Notes: generated by a model not told the origin, from the letters alone. Positions 8,734 through 19,383 are shown, counted from the first letter of the stretch. The stretch: 64,000 bases of DNA from Nitrospirota bacterium (GCA_963721805.1 CAVRJY010000001.1:320001-384000); one strand, 5' to 3'. Made by a program: numbers and translations.

Positions 8734-10320
8734 ATGTCAAGCAAGATCCGGTCACTTATCAGGGACGAGAAGCCGCTAAATCCATCACCCGCAACGGACC
8801 CTTCACAAGCCTCAGTATCGCCCATCAGGGCCCTGCTCGTATACCCGGAATTCCCCGACACCTTCTGGAGCTTCAGGTACGCCCTGAAGTTCATCCACAG
8901 AAAGGCGAGCAGCCCGCCGCTGGGGCTGCTGACCGTCGCGGCGATGCTCCCCGGCGCCTGGGAGAAGCGGCTGGTGGACATGAACGTAAAGGCGCTGCGC
9001 GACGATGATCTCAGGTGGGCGGACCTCGTCCTGATAAGCGCGATGTCCGTGCAGAAGGCCTCGGTCAAGGCAGTGATCGCGAGGTGCAAGGCCGCCGGGG
9101 TCAGGGTCGTCGCCGGGGGGCCGCTTTTTACGACGGAATACGAGGCCTTCGAGGACGTCGACCACCTGGTCTTGAACGAGGCCGAGCTCACGCTGCCCCG
9201 GTTTCTCGAAGACCTCGCAAACGGTGCTGCCAAGCGCGTTTATACGACCGACCAGTGGGCCGACCTGCGGACGACTCCCATCCCGCTTTGGCGGCAAATC
9301 AAGGTGAGGCACTACGCCTCGGTCAATATCCAGTACTCGCGCGGCTGCCCGTTTAACTGCGAGTTTTGCGACATCACGCTGCTTTGCGGCCGCACCCCGC
9401 GCACGAAGGACAGCGGGCAGATCGTCGCCGAGCTCGAGAGCGTCTACCGCTCGGGGTTCAGGGGGCAGGTCTTCTTCGTCGACGACAACTTCATCGGGAA
9501 CAAGAAGAAGCTCAAGGAGGACGTGCTCCCGGCCATCATCGAATGGATGGACAGCCGAGGCCACCCTTTCGGCTTCAATACGCAGGCTTCCATAGAGCTC
9601 TCGGACCACGAGGACCTTATGCGCCTTATGGTGCGCGCCGGGTTCGACATGGTATTCGTCGGCATCGAGACCCCGCACGAGCAGAGCCTCGCGGAGTGCA
9701 GCAAGCAGCAGAACAAGAACCGCGACCTGCTTGCGAGCGTCAGGAAGATCCAGAATGCCGGCATCGAGGTGCAGGGGGGCTTTATCGTCGGGTTCGACAG
9801 CGATCCCCATACGATCTTCGATACCCAGATAAAATTCATCCAGGCAAGCGGCGTGGTCACGGCCATGGTCGGAATTCTTAACGCGCTGCCGCGCACGCGG
9901 CTATACGAGAGGCTCAAGCAGGAACACAGGCTGCTGGCCGAGACCTCGGGCGACAACACCGACCTCTCGACGAACTTCATCACGAAGATGGACCCGGAGC
10001 TCCTTGCCACCGGCTACAAGAAGGTCATCGGCACACTGTATTCGCCCCGGCACTACTATAAGAGGCTCAGGACGTTCATGAAGGAATACCACCCGCCCAA
10101 GAGGAAATATAAGGCGTTCAGGATCCGGCCCAACTACATGGGCGCGTTCTTCAAGGCCGCCGTAGTGCTCGGGCTGACCGGAAAAGAGCGGTTCCAATAC
10201 TGGAGGCTCCTGTTTTGGACGATGTCGCACCGTCCCGCGCAGATGTCACAGGCCATTACGCTTGCGATCTACGGCCACCATTTCAGGAAGGTGTTCGACA
10301 AGCGCCTCAGGGATGCTTGA
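8734..10320 (+). CDS. B12-binding radical SAM protein (DUF4070-type C-terminus)
   Basis: PPLGLLTVAA, GGP, SRGCPFNCEFC (CxxxCxxC), FFVDDNF, GFIVGFDSD. Confidence 0.9.
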   Translation: MSSKIRSLIRDEKPLNPSPATDPSQASVSPIRALLVYPEFPDTFWSFRYALKFIHRKASSPPLGLLTVAAMLPGAWEKRLVDMNVKALRDDDLRWADLVLISAMSVQKASVKAVIARCKAAGVRVVAGGPLFTTEYEAFEDVDHLVLNEAELTLPRFLEDLANGAAKRVYTTDQWADLRTTPIPLWRQIKVRHYASVNIQYSRGCPFNCEFCDITLLCGRTPRTKDSGQIVAELESVYRSGFRGQVFFVDDNFIGNKKKLKEDVLPAIIEWMDSRGHPFGFNTQASIELSDHEDLMRLMVRAGFDMVFVGIETPHEQSLAECSKQQNKNRDLLASVRKIQNAGIEVQGGFIVGFDSDPHTIFDTQIKFIQASGVVTAMVGILNALPRTRLYERLKQEHRLLAETSGDNTDLSTNFITKMDPELLATGYKKVIGTLYSPRHYYKRLRTFMKEYHPPKRKYKAFRIRPNYMGAFFKAAVVLGLTGKERFQYWRLLFWTMSHRPAQMSQAITLAIYGHHFRKVFDKRLRDA

Positions 10321-10407
10321 TGGTTATTGTTAGAACTTGAGGCGGCGCGGATGCGCCTTTGAGGAGACCGCGCCGAGGCTGGAAGGCATGCCCGGGCGGA
10401 TTGCGGG

Positions 10408-11661
10408 TCAGGCTTGGGCCTCGACGCCCTTTCGGATCTCCTCAAGGTTGTTACCGAGCATCTTTACGAAGAACTTAAAACTTTCCATGTCGTAGTTGTC
10501 CGGCTGGTTCTGGATGATGCTCAGGGCCTTATAGGGGCTCATCGGCGACTGGTAGGGCCGCGCGGTCGTGATCGCGTCATAGGTGTCCGCGATCGCGGTT
10601 ATGCGGCCCGTCAGGTGGATCGCCTCGCCCTTGAGGCCGAAGGGATAGCCCACGCCGGAGAGCTTCTCGTGGTGCTCCATCAGGGGGTAGAAGGACTCCG
10701 GCGGCATGTCGCGCTTCATGCGGACGAGTTTCAAGCCCTTCTGGACATGGGCCTTCATGATGCGGAACTCGTCTTCCGTGAGCTTGCCCGGCTTGTTGAG
10801 TATCTCGGGCGGCACCTCGCTCTTGCCGATGTCGTGCAGCAGCGAGCCGATCCCCAGCGGCATGAGCTCGCGCTCCCGGTCCATGCCCATGGCCATCGCG
10901 AGCGCGAGCGTCAGGACGCTGACCTCGACGGAGTGGGCGTAAGTGTAATAGTCGTATTTGTTCAGGGTGAGGATGCTGGTGGTCAGGCCGCCGCTGTCGT
11001 GTATCGAGGCGATCAGGTCCCCGACCGCGTCCTTGCAAAGCTCGACGGTGTTGCCGCTCCTGGGGTCGGTCAGGAGCTCCTTGACTACGATCTTGGTGTT
11101 TTCCTTGATGATCGCGTTTTTCACGCGCTGGGCGTCCTTGCCCGTGCCGGTATGCGATCCGAGCTGCTTTAGGTACTCGCGGTAGCGGGCGATGTCCTTG
11201 ATGTCTATCAGGAGCTCGCCGGGCGCATCGAGGATCTCGCCGGTGAGCTCGATATCGCGGCCGGAGTAGACCGCTATGGGCGCGATATCGATGTCGTGCT
11301 TGCTGTACAGCGAGAAATCGACCGCGCTGCCGCGCTGCAGGGTGCCCTTCTCGATCTGGAGGCGCTCCTCCTTCTCGTGCGAATACCGCTTGAACTCCTC
11401 GGGCGTGATTATGCGCTCCTCGACTCGCCGGGTGTTGGGTGCGGGCGGGGGAGGGGCCTGCTGCTCCTTTGCGGCCTCGGACTCGTCGAGGTCCTCGCGG
11501 ACGAAGACGTACTCGATCCCGGCGTCCCTGATAGCCTGGAGCTGCTCCTCGTTGCGGATATGGAACTTGTGGCTTAAAAAAGGCGTCTTGAACCAGGACA
11601 TGTCTATCCCGTCAAGGAACATCCCTATGCGCAGATCTTCTACGGGTATCCTGGTTCGCAT
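10408..11661 (-). CDS. HD-GYP phosphodiesterase with DUF3391-like N-terminus (RxxQ variant)
   Basis: YTYAHS, LLHDIGK, HHEKLSGVGYP, ADTYDAITTARPYQ. Confidence 0.9.
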   Translation of the reverse strand: MRTRIPVEDLRIGMFLDGIDMSWFKTPFLSHKFHIRNEEQLQAIRDAGIEYVFVREDLDESEAAKEQQAPPPPAPNTRRVEERIITPEEFKRYSHEKEERLQIEKGTLQRGSAVDFSLYSKHDIDIAPIAVYSGRDIELTGEILDAPGELLIDIKDIARYREYLKQLGSHTGTGKDAQRVKNAIIKENTKIVVKELLTDPRSGNTVELCKDAVGDLIASIHDSGGLTTSILTLNKYDYYTYAHSVEVSVLTLALAMAMGMDRERELMPLGIGSLLHDIGKSEVPPEILNKPGKLTEDEFRIMKAHVQKGLKLVRMKRDMPPESFYPLMEHHEKLSGVGYPFGLKGEAIHLTGRITAIADTYDAITTARPYQSPMSPYKALSIIQNQPDNYDMESFKFFVKMLGNNLEEIRKGVEAQA

Positions 11662-11694
11662 ATCGTTGAGTTAATTATACCCCGTCTCGGGCGG

Positions 11695-13342
11695 CTATCG
11701 CGAATATATCCATACGAACGGCCGGTAATAGAACTCTCCGGTCGAGACGGAGAACTCGCGCCTGAGCGTGAATCCCTCCGGCGGCTGCGGCAGCGGCGTG
11801 AGGCCGTCGGAGATCACCGCGTATACCCGGCTTTCGGGCGCGGGCGCGGCGTAGTATGACGGGTTTCGGTAGCGCCAGGTGAAGCGGAGCGCGGAGGTCG
11901 CAAGCACGTCGTCCGGGACCGTGCGCCTGACGTCATAGGCGTAGTGGATCGGTTTGTTTAGGTACAGATCCAGCAGAGGCACCGAGACCGCCGGGTTTAT
12001 CTCGCTCTCGCTCTGGGGCAGCGTGACGACCTCGACCGCATCGCCTGGCAGACTGTCGATGAACCTGGCCGCGTCTCTTAGGTTCACGGTATCGTAGCGG
12101 TCCAGTAACGGGACGTAAAACGCGAGCACCAGCGCTACGGAGGCAAGCGCGGCCCCGAGGGCGGCCGTCCGCATCGCCCGCTGCCCACTGATGGCCGAGA
12201 GCCCGTATGCGGCCATCAGCGCGAATGAGGGCAGCGCGGGCATCAGGTAGCGCGAGCGCTTTATCTGGAACGCGACGGCCAGAAGCGGCAGCCAGAGCGC
12301 GATGAGGTAACGCGCGTCGCGCCTCTTTAGCGCGACCGCGAGGGAGCAAAGCGCCGCGAGCGTCACGAACGGGTGTATCTGAAACAGGAACGTCGAGGTG
12401 AACGACTCGCCCCAGCGGCTTAGGCCCGGCCCCTGATACTCACGCAGAAACGCGATCTGCGAGGCGACTACATCCCGCATCGGCCAGAGCGCTAGGCCGA
12501 GCATCGCGATCCCCGCCGCTATCGCGATCAGCCCCCGCATCGCCTGCGGCCTGCCGCGCTTGATTGCATATGCAAGCAGTATCACGCCGAGCACCGAGAG
12601 CATCGGCCAGAGCGAGTATTTGCTGAGCGCAGAGGCGGCTATGGCTGCCCCCGCCGCAAGGATGCGCCGCACGCGGCCGCGCTCTACCGCCAGGATGAAC
12701 AGGTATGCCGCGAGCGCGAGGAAGAACATGCTGCCCATGTCGACGAGCATCAGCGGGGCCTGCGCCCATACCAGAGGCATCGCGATCAGCATGAGCCCGG
12801 CTGCGCGGCCTGTCTCCTCGTCCCAGAGCCTCCTGCCCGTAGATGCAACGAGCCATACCGAGCCGGAGAGGAACGCGGAGTTCAGTATGTCGGCCAGCAG
12901 CCTGTGCTCGCCAAAGATCTTAAAGAGCAGCCCGTAGAGGAAGGGGATCAGGGGCAGGTCGGTCCATGCCTCCAAGAGTGGGGCCGCCCCAGTCGCGAAG
13001 GAACGCGAGCGCCCCGTAGAGTTCGAGGTGCTTGGCCTGTGTGAAGTAACGCGCGGCGTCCACTATCGTCTCGGGCGTGTGCCAGAGCAGCGCCGAGACG
13101 CAGAATGTCAGTATCGCCTGAGTTCGCGGCGAGGGGAGGCGTCTCGATCCGAGCCCGAGGGCCGCGGCCATCGAGGCTGCGGCAAGGCCGAGCAGCCGCC
13201 AGAGGTCGTCCGGCCCCATCAGCCAGTCCCACGGGGCGAGGCGGTTGTCGTCGATGGCCCTCAGGCGGTAGAGCGCGAGATAGGCCGCTATGCCCGCTAT
13301 GCAGACAAGCGCCGCGCCTCCCCTGCCCGAGCCGGATCTCAT
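11695..13342 (-). CDS. GT-C/ArnT-like (PMT family) membrane glycosyltransferase; frameshift near 12973
   Basis: Joins ORFs 12920-13357 and 11695-12975; multi-TM; DAARYFTQAK, WTDLP, LSKY, RYLMP motifs. Confidence 0.7.
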
Positions 13343-13390
13343 CGCGAATTTTAACACGCGCGCGTCTGCGTTAGGGTAAAATCAGGCACA

Positions 13391-14543
13391 GTGGCTATAA
13401 CGCGCGAGGGCATAGAGGCCGCCTGCGGCCGGCCGTTCATCAACGGAAACTCGGTCGAGGTCCTGGTGCGCGGGGAGTCGGTCTTCGGGAGGCTGTTTGA
13501 GGCCGTGCGCTCTGCAAGGCGCAACATATGCCTTCAGTTTTACATCTTCCGCGACGACGCGACCGGACGCGAGCTGGCGTCGATCCTAAAGGAGCGCGCG
13601 GCTGCGGGCGTGAAGGTCTATCTGCTCTACGACCATATGGGCTCGTTCTACACCCGCCGCGCGTTCTGGGAAGATCTGAGATCCTCGGGCGTCGAGGCTC
13701 GTGCCGTCGAGGCCCTTCCGGTGGGCCTCGCCGATCCTCTATATCAGGCGCGACCACCGCAAGCTCGTCGTGATCGACGGCCGCACGGCCCTCATCGGGG
13801 GCTTCAATATCGCGGACGAGTACCATACCGGCCTGGGCGCGGCATCCGCGGGCTCGTGGCGCGACACCGCGATATTCATCCACGGCCCGGCCGCGCTCAA
13901 CATGCGGCGGACCTTCAGCACCGCGTGGAAGCGCAGCGGCGGGCAGGACATCACCGACCCGGCCCCGCCCGAGGCGGAACTCGACGAGTGCACGATGCTC
14001 CCGGTGCTCCCGCTCTTCGCGCACTCGGTCAAGGGCCGCCGCAGGATGCGCAAGGTGCTTTACCACTCGATCGGCGAGGCCGGGCATGACATATGGCTTA
14101 CTACCGCGTACTTCACGCCGAGCCTCTGGATGATGCACGAACTCGAACTCGCGGTGCGCCGCGGGGTGAGGGTGCGCCTGCTCGTGCCCGGCCGGAGCGA
14201 CGTCCCGGCCGCGTACTACGCCGGGCGGTCGTTCTTCACGCACCTGCTGAAGCTCGGCGTCGAGATATACGAATACGGGGGCACGATGCTGCACGCCAAG
14301 GCGTACATATTCGACGGCCAGTGGTGCGTCGTCGGCTCGTCGAACCTCGACTTCAGGTCTCTGAGGTGGAACGACGAGGGCAACGCCGGGATATTCGGCG
14401 AGGGGTTCGCGCTCGAGATGAGGCGTATCTTCGAGGACGATGCGGCGCAGTCCTTAAGGCTGGATATCGAACGGTGGCGGAGGCGGCCGATGATGGAGAA
14501 ATTCAAAGAGGCGTTTTATACCATTTTCCGCCGCAGCCTTTAA
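13391..14543 (+). CDS. cls: Cardiolipin synthase (PLD family, ClsB-like); frameshift near 13705
   Basis: Two HKD motifs (HRKLVVID, HAKAYIFD); GSSNLDFRS. Confidence 0.85.
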
Positions 14544-14601
14544 AATTACAAGGCGCCCCGCCCCTAGACAATACACGATACCCTCTGCTATTGTTTGAGT
14601 T

Positions 14602-15477
14602 ATGTCTGTTATGCGTTATCTGAGCCCCGGCAGGATGCTCGCGCTCAACGCCGTGCTCGGCGTGGCGCTCGTGCTCGCCGCCCTGCTCGTCGTGCGCGAC
14701 ACGGTCTCGCTGCGGCGGGCCGCGTCGAGCCCGCCCCCGGCGGCACCCGCCAAGGCCGCAGCCCATGAGGGGGCCAAGCCCTTCGAGTCCTACGCCTCGG
14801 CCGTCGAGCAGGGCAACCCCTTCGGCATCCCCGGCGGCAAGCTAGAGCGCATCACCGCCAAGACCGGTGCGGCGCAGTCCGCGCTCGAGGTGAAGGTCGT
14901 GGGCATCATCGCCTGGCCCGGGGGGCGCGGATACGCGATGCTGAGTTCGCCGAGCATCCCTCAGGACGTCTATAGGGCCGGCCGCGAGATACCCGGCGTA
15001 GGCAGGTTAAAGGCGGTATACCCCTATAAGGTAATAATCACCTCCGGGGGGAAGGACGTCGAGCTCAAGCTCATCGAGGACTCGGCGATGCCGGTCTCAG
15101 CACCGGAGGCAATTAAACCCGCTGGCGGGCGCGGAGAGTTCGCGCGGCGCACCTCGGACAACGCGTTCAGCGTCGATAGGGAGGCGCTCCGCGAGTCGCT
15201 GGAGAACCCCCAAAAACTGATGACCGACGCCCGGATGGTCCCGAACATGGAGGGCGCGTCCCAGCACGGCTTCATACTGCGCGAGATCAGGCCGGGCGGG
15301 ATATACCAAAAGCTCGGGCTCAAAAACGGCGACGTGCTGCTTCGGGTCAACGAGTTTGAGATATCGGACACGGAAAGCGCCCTGCAGGCCTTCACCGCGC
15401 TTAAGGGCCTCGACCGCGTGGCGCTCGACATCGTGCGCGGCGGAGCGAACATGACCTTGACTTATTCGGTCCAATAG
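14602..15477 (+). CDS. gspC: Type II secretion protein GspC (PDZ)
   Basis: N-terminal TM; C-terminal PDZ (KLGLKNGDVLLRVN); precedes a secretin. Confidence 0.8.
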   Translation: MSVMRYLSPGRMLALNAVLGVALVLAALLVVRDTVSLRRAASSPPPAAPAKAAAHEGAKPFESYASAVEQGNPFGIPGGKLERITAKTGAAQSALEVKVVGIIAWPGGRGYAMLSSPSIPQDVYRAGREIPGVGRLKAVYPYKVIITSGGKDVELKLIEDSAMPVSAPEAIKPAGGRGEFARRTSDNAFSVDREALRESLENPQKLMTDARMVPNMEGASQHGFILREIRPGGIYQKLGLKNGDVLLRVNEFEISDTESALQAFTALKGLDRVALDIVRGGANMTLTYSVQ

Positions 15478-15488
15478 GTGAAGAATTA

Positions 15489-17672
15489 ATGGCTTATATG
15501 CTGCGCAACACACTTATAACCCTGCTGATCGCCGCCGCGCTCGTAATGGGCGCAGGCTCGGCGCACCTCTATGCCGCCGGCCCGGAGGGCGGGGTCACGT
15601 TTAACCTCTCGAACGTCGAGATCGCGAACGTCGCCAAGTTCGTAAGCGACGTCACGGGCAAGAACTTCATGTTCGACGACCGCGTGACCGGCAAGATCAC
15701 GATCATCGCCCCCACGAAGATCAGCCCCGACGACGCCTTCAAGCTCTTCGTCTCGGTCCTGAGATTAAAGGGCTACGCGCTCGTGCCTACCGGCGTGGAC
15801 GCATACAAGATCGTGCCCGCGGCCGAGGCCAAGCAGTCCGGCGTCGACCTGCTCGCGCCGGACAAGACGATCCCGATGGACGACAATACGGTCGCGCGGC
15901 TCATAAGCCTGACGTACATATCGGCCGACGACGCCCTGAAGTTCCTCCAGCCGGTCGTATCGAAGTCCGGGCACATATCGTCCTTCGGCCCGGGGAACCT
16001 GCTGCTGGTAGTGGATTCAGGGATGGTCGTCGACAAGGTCCTGAAGCTCGTCGAGAGCATCGACCTGCCGGCCCAGAGCGAGGAGCCGGACGTCGTGTTC
16101 CTGCAAAACGCCGGGGCCGAGGCCGTGGCCGCTACGCTTAACGACGGGCTCTCGCGCTCGGCGGCCAGACGGGGCCCGGAGCAGCAGCCCGCACGCGCGG
16201 TGGCCGACCGCAGGCTCAACGCGGTCGTACTGTTCGGCGACCGCTCGGCCAAGGAGGGCATGAAGCGCCTGGTCGCGCGCCTCGACGTCAAGGCCGACTC
16301 CACGCAGGGCGCGATAAACGTGTATTTCCTGGAGAACGCCGCGGCCGAGGACATCGCCAAGGTGCTCGAAAACATCAGGAAGGTCTCGCAGGAGGCCGCC
16401 TCGAAGCAGCAGCCTGGGATTCAGTCCATCCAGGCCGCCCAGCCGACGCGCTCGCCGTTTGAGTCCGCCTCGGGAATGAGCATCACGCCGGATAAGGCCT
16501 CGAACTCCCTGATAATCATAGCCTCGCCCTCGGACTACGCGAGCCTCGTGCAGGTGATAAAGAAGCTCGACCGCCGCAGGCGGCAGGTGTACGTCGAGGC
16601 CATGGTAGTGGAGGCCTCGGTCGACAAGACCCGCGACCTCGGCACCGAGTGGCGGGCGACCGCCCTCGACAGCAAGCGCGCCCCGATAGTGGTCGGCGGC
16701 GTCGGCACGATAGACGCCACCGCCGTCAGCGCGATCCTGAGCGGGCTTTCGGGCGCGACCGTCGGCGGGCTCGGTAATTTCTTCTCGGTGCCGGTGACAA
16801 ACCCCGACGGCACTACCGGGACGCTCTCGGTGCCGGGCTATGCCGCGCTATTTAGCGCGAGCATCTTCAGCTCGGCCGTAAACGTCCTCTCCACGCCCCA
16901 GATCCTCACGTCCGACAACGCCGAGGCCGAGATCATCGTCGGCGAGAACGTCCCGTTCATCACCCAAAACAACGTCAATACCGTGAATTCCGGCGTCGTC
17001 TCAAACTACATAGAGCGCAAGGACGTCGGCATCACGCTTAAGCTCACGCCCCAGATCACCGAGGGCGACTACGTCAAGCTCGACATCTACCAGGAGATCT
17101 CGGCCCTCGAGAACATCTCGTCGAACAACCTCGTCTCGATCATCACTACGGTCGGCCCCACCACGACCAAGCGCTCGACCAAGACGGACGTCGTGGTCCG
17201 CGACGGCCAGACCGTCGTGATCGGCGGGCTCATGCAGGACAAGGTAAACGATACGATTACCAAGGTGCCGCTGCTGGGCGACATACCGCTGCTGGGCTGG
17301 CTTTTCAAAAACAGTTCGAAGGAGCACACGAAGACCAACCTCCTCGTCTTCCTGACCCCGCACATCATCAGGGACTCCAGGGAGCTCGAGGGCCTGACCT
17401 CACACAAGCGCACGGAGATCTCCGGGGATGACGACCTTTACATCGACGGCGAACTCGTGGTCAGCTTCGGCCCCGGAGTGGCCGCCGAGAAGGCAGCCGA
17501 GATACTCAGGTCCAAGGGCGTGACCGTCCTGGGCACCCTCTCGGACGGCAGGTACATAGTGCGCACTCTCGTGCCCGAGCGCACGGCCGAGACGATGGGG
17601 GAACTCAAGTCCACCCCGGGCGTGGTGGACGTCTTCAGGCGGCTCCGCACCGAGAGCCTTACCGCCCAATAA
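15489..17672 (+). CDS. gspD: Type II secretion secretin GspD with an extra C-terminal domain
   Basis: N0-N3 domains; VYVEAMVVE, NVLSTPQILT, KVPLLGDIPLLGWLF, TNLLVFLTPHII. Confidence 0.93.
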   Translation: MAYMLRNTLITLLIAAALVMGAGSAHLYAAGPEGGVTFNLSNVEIANVAKFVSDVTGKNFMFDDRVTGKITIIAPTKISPDDAFKLFVSVLRLKGYALVPTGVDAYKIVPAAEAKQSGVDLLAPDKTIPMDDNTVARLISLTYISADDALKFLQPVVSKSGHISSFGPGNLLLVVDSGMVVDKVLKLVESIDLPAQSEEPDVVFLQNAGAEAVAATLNDGLSRSAARRGPEQQPARAVADRRLNAVVLFGDRSAKEGMKRLVARLDVKADSTQGAINVYFLENAAAEDIAKVLENIRKVSQEAASKQQPGIQSIQAAQPTRSPFESASGMSITPDKASNSLIIIASPSDYASLVQVIKKLDRRRRQVYVEAMVVEASVDKTRDLGTEWRATALDSKRAPIVVGGVGTIDATAVSAILSGLSGATVGGLGNFFSVPVTNPDGTTGTLSVPGYAALFSASIFSSAVNVLSTPQILTSDNAEAEIIVGENVPFITQNNVNTVNSGVVSNYIERKDVGITLKLTPQITEGDYVKLDIYQEISALENISSNNLVSIITTVGPTTTKRSTKTDVVVRDGQTVVIGGLMQDKVNDTITKVPLLGDIPLLGWLFKNSSKEHTKTNLLVFLTPHIIRDSRELEGLTSHKRTEISGDDDLYIDGELVVSFGPGVAAEKAAEILRSKGVTVLGTLSDGRYIVRTLVPERTAETMGELKSTPGVVDVFRRLRTESLTAQ

Positions 17673-17699
17673 GCGGCCTCATCCATGGAGGATTCGAGC

Positions 17700-18449
17700 A
17701 TGACCGCACGGAGACTGTTTAAGCTGATCTGCACCGCCCTGCTCATTCCGGCCGCGCTCGCGGCCTGCGGCAAACTCTCTCACATGTCGTACAATTCCCT
17801 GAGCGAGGACCCGCCCTCCGACCTCACGGCCAAGGCCACGTCCTCAAGCTCTGTGCACCTGAAGTGGAAGGCCCCGATAAGCGGCGTCTCGGCCGGATAT
17901 GACATATACCGCTCGGATGGGGGGTCAGGGGCATACGTCGAGATAGATTCCTTCGACATCGGCAACGCCATAGACAACAGCATAGATAACAGCATCGTCA
18001 ACAGCCCTTTCTACGACGACACCGGGCTCACCGCAGGCCAGCTTTACTGCTACGAGGTCTCGTCATATAACGCAAGTGGCGTGCAGTCCAAGAAGAGCAA
18101 TTCAGCCTGCGTCTCGATCCCCGGCGTCCTGAGCGTCGACCCTGCAAACCTGAGCAACGGCATCGCTTGGGACCCCGCCCCCACCATCAGCGTGACCTTC
18201 ACGGATCCCATAAAGGCCTCGACGATATCAGAGAGCAACTTTACGATGCTCGTCAACTCCGGAGCGGATATCGGAAACTCAGTCGTTGGATCAGTGATAA
18301 TTAACAGCGTTAATAACGTGCGGTTTACGCCGGGCGCTTCACTGGAGAACGGTACGACATACCAGGTCACTCTCGGAAGCGGCGTACAGTTCGATGACGG
18401 AAGCGATCTGGACGGCCCCTACACCTGGAAGTTCACGACTGCCCCGTAG
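17700..18449 (+). CDS. Lipoprotein with FN3 and Ig-like (Big_5-type) domains
   Basis: Lipobox LAAC; PSDLTA...LKW...YDIYRS; ISVTFTDPI...FTP...YTWKFTT; RBS GGAGGA at 17687. Confidence 0.75.
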   Translation: MTARRLFKLICTALLIPAALAACGKLSHMSYNSLSEDPPSDLTAKATSSSSVHLKWKAPISGVSAGYDIYRSDGGSGAYVEIDSFDIGNAIDNSIDNSIVNSPFYDDTGLTAGQLYCYEVSSYNASGVQSKKSNSACVSIPGVLSVDPANLSNGIAWDPAPTISVTFTDPIKASTISESNFTMLVNSGADIGNSVVGSVIINSVNNVRFTPGASLENGTTYQVTLGSGVQFDDGSDLDGPYTWKFTTAP

Positions 18450-18455
18450 CGGGGC

Positions 18456-18707
18456 TCAGTCTTTAAATACGTAGCCCAGGGTCGCCGCCGGATTCGTCGT
18501 CGAGCGCCAGAAGAACCAGTCGTCGGCCATCGCTATGGAGTCGGCCTGCGGCGGCCTCCGTTTGCGTATTTTGTAGATGTCCCCCTCGGAGAACATCTCT
18601 ATGAGCGGCTCCCCCTCGCCGGGTTCGGTGTAGCGCACGCGCACCCCGTATAGCCCGTCGTCGAACTCCTCGGCCTCGTCGAGGTCCGCTATCAGCACGT
18701 ACTTCAT
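18456..18707 (-). CDS. Hypothetical protein (83 aa)
   Basis: Host-like codon usage; TTGCAA-17-TATCCT promoter 6 nt before the ATG. Confidence 0.65.
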   Translation of the reverse strand: MKYVLIADLDEAEEFDDGLYGVRVRYTEPGEGEPLIEMFSEGDIYKIRKRRPPQADSIAMADDWFFWRSTTNPAATLGYVFKD

Positions 18708-18742
18708 CTATTGAGGATAGTCGATACTGCATTTCTTTGCAA

Positions 18743-18808
18743 GGGTGCCACGGGCACCTCCCTCTATTCGCGGGGCCACGGCCCCCTCTCACTATTCGCT
18801 TCGCTCAC
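18743..18808 (-). repeat. Stand-alone tail modules of the repeat family (2 units)
   Basis: GGTGCCACGGGCACC..CTATTCGC GGGGCCACGGCCCC..CTATTCGC. Confidence 0.7.
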
Positions 18809-18849
18809 TTCCAATCAAAGCCTTTGGCCTTGGAGAGCTTTCAACAAGG

Positions 18850-18905
18850 TTTAACCGAAGCTTAACGGCGGCTACACGCTGGCTTAATGGCTGGGGCGCT
18901 ACAAT
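18850..18905 (+). promoter_or_regulatory. Pho-box-like 11-bp periodic array plus -10
   Basis: TTTAAC(18850), CTTAAC(18861), CTACAC(18872), CTTAAT(18883); TACAAT at 18900. Confidence 0.6.
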
Positions 18906-18932
18906 TAATAATGACAAAAGGAGGGATGAGAA

Positions 18933-19121
18933 ATGTTTACGCTCGATAGGAAGCTCCCGATCACCCAGTCCGCATACTGCCCGTATTGCAGCTTCGAGAC
19001 CGACCGCTGCCAGGCCGCGCTCACAGTGCTCCGCCCGGCACAGTCCCCGCACCAGGGGCTCTGCGCCAGCGAGGACCACGACGGCTGCCCGCTTTTCCTC
19101 TCAAAGCTCCTGCGGGCATAA
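18933..19121 (+). CDS. Small Cys-rich protein (62 aa)
   Basis: RBS AGGAGGG; CPYC...C...C...CPLF. Confidence 0.7.
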   Translation: MFTLDRKLPITQSAYCPYCSFETDRCQAALTVLRPAQSPHQGLCASEDHDGCPLFLSKLLRA

Positions 19122-19144
19122 CCCCGGAGGCTGCGCCCCCCGCA

Positions 19145-19383
19145 ACTATTCGCGGGGCCACGGGCCCTTCTCACTATTCGCGCATAGCGCTCATCTCTAA
19201 AATAATGCCGTTGACCTTGGGGGGCTCGGGGGGCTTCCGTTGGACTCCACACCCCCGAAAGCGCGCCCAAATCGTCTTCAGACAAGGCAGGGCGAGAAGA
19301 CCGCCCGATGGTGTACTTGGACGTACATGGAGGGCGAGTCTTCGAAGACCAACGCAGTATCAAGCGATTTGGCGCGCTTTGAA
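19145..19383 (-). repeat. Palindromic intergenic repeat, copy 2 (core 19258-19380)
   Basis: Same TIRs, GTAC-TTGGAC-GTAC, tail modules in reverse orientation. Confidence 0.88.
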
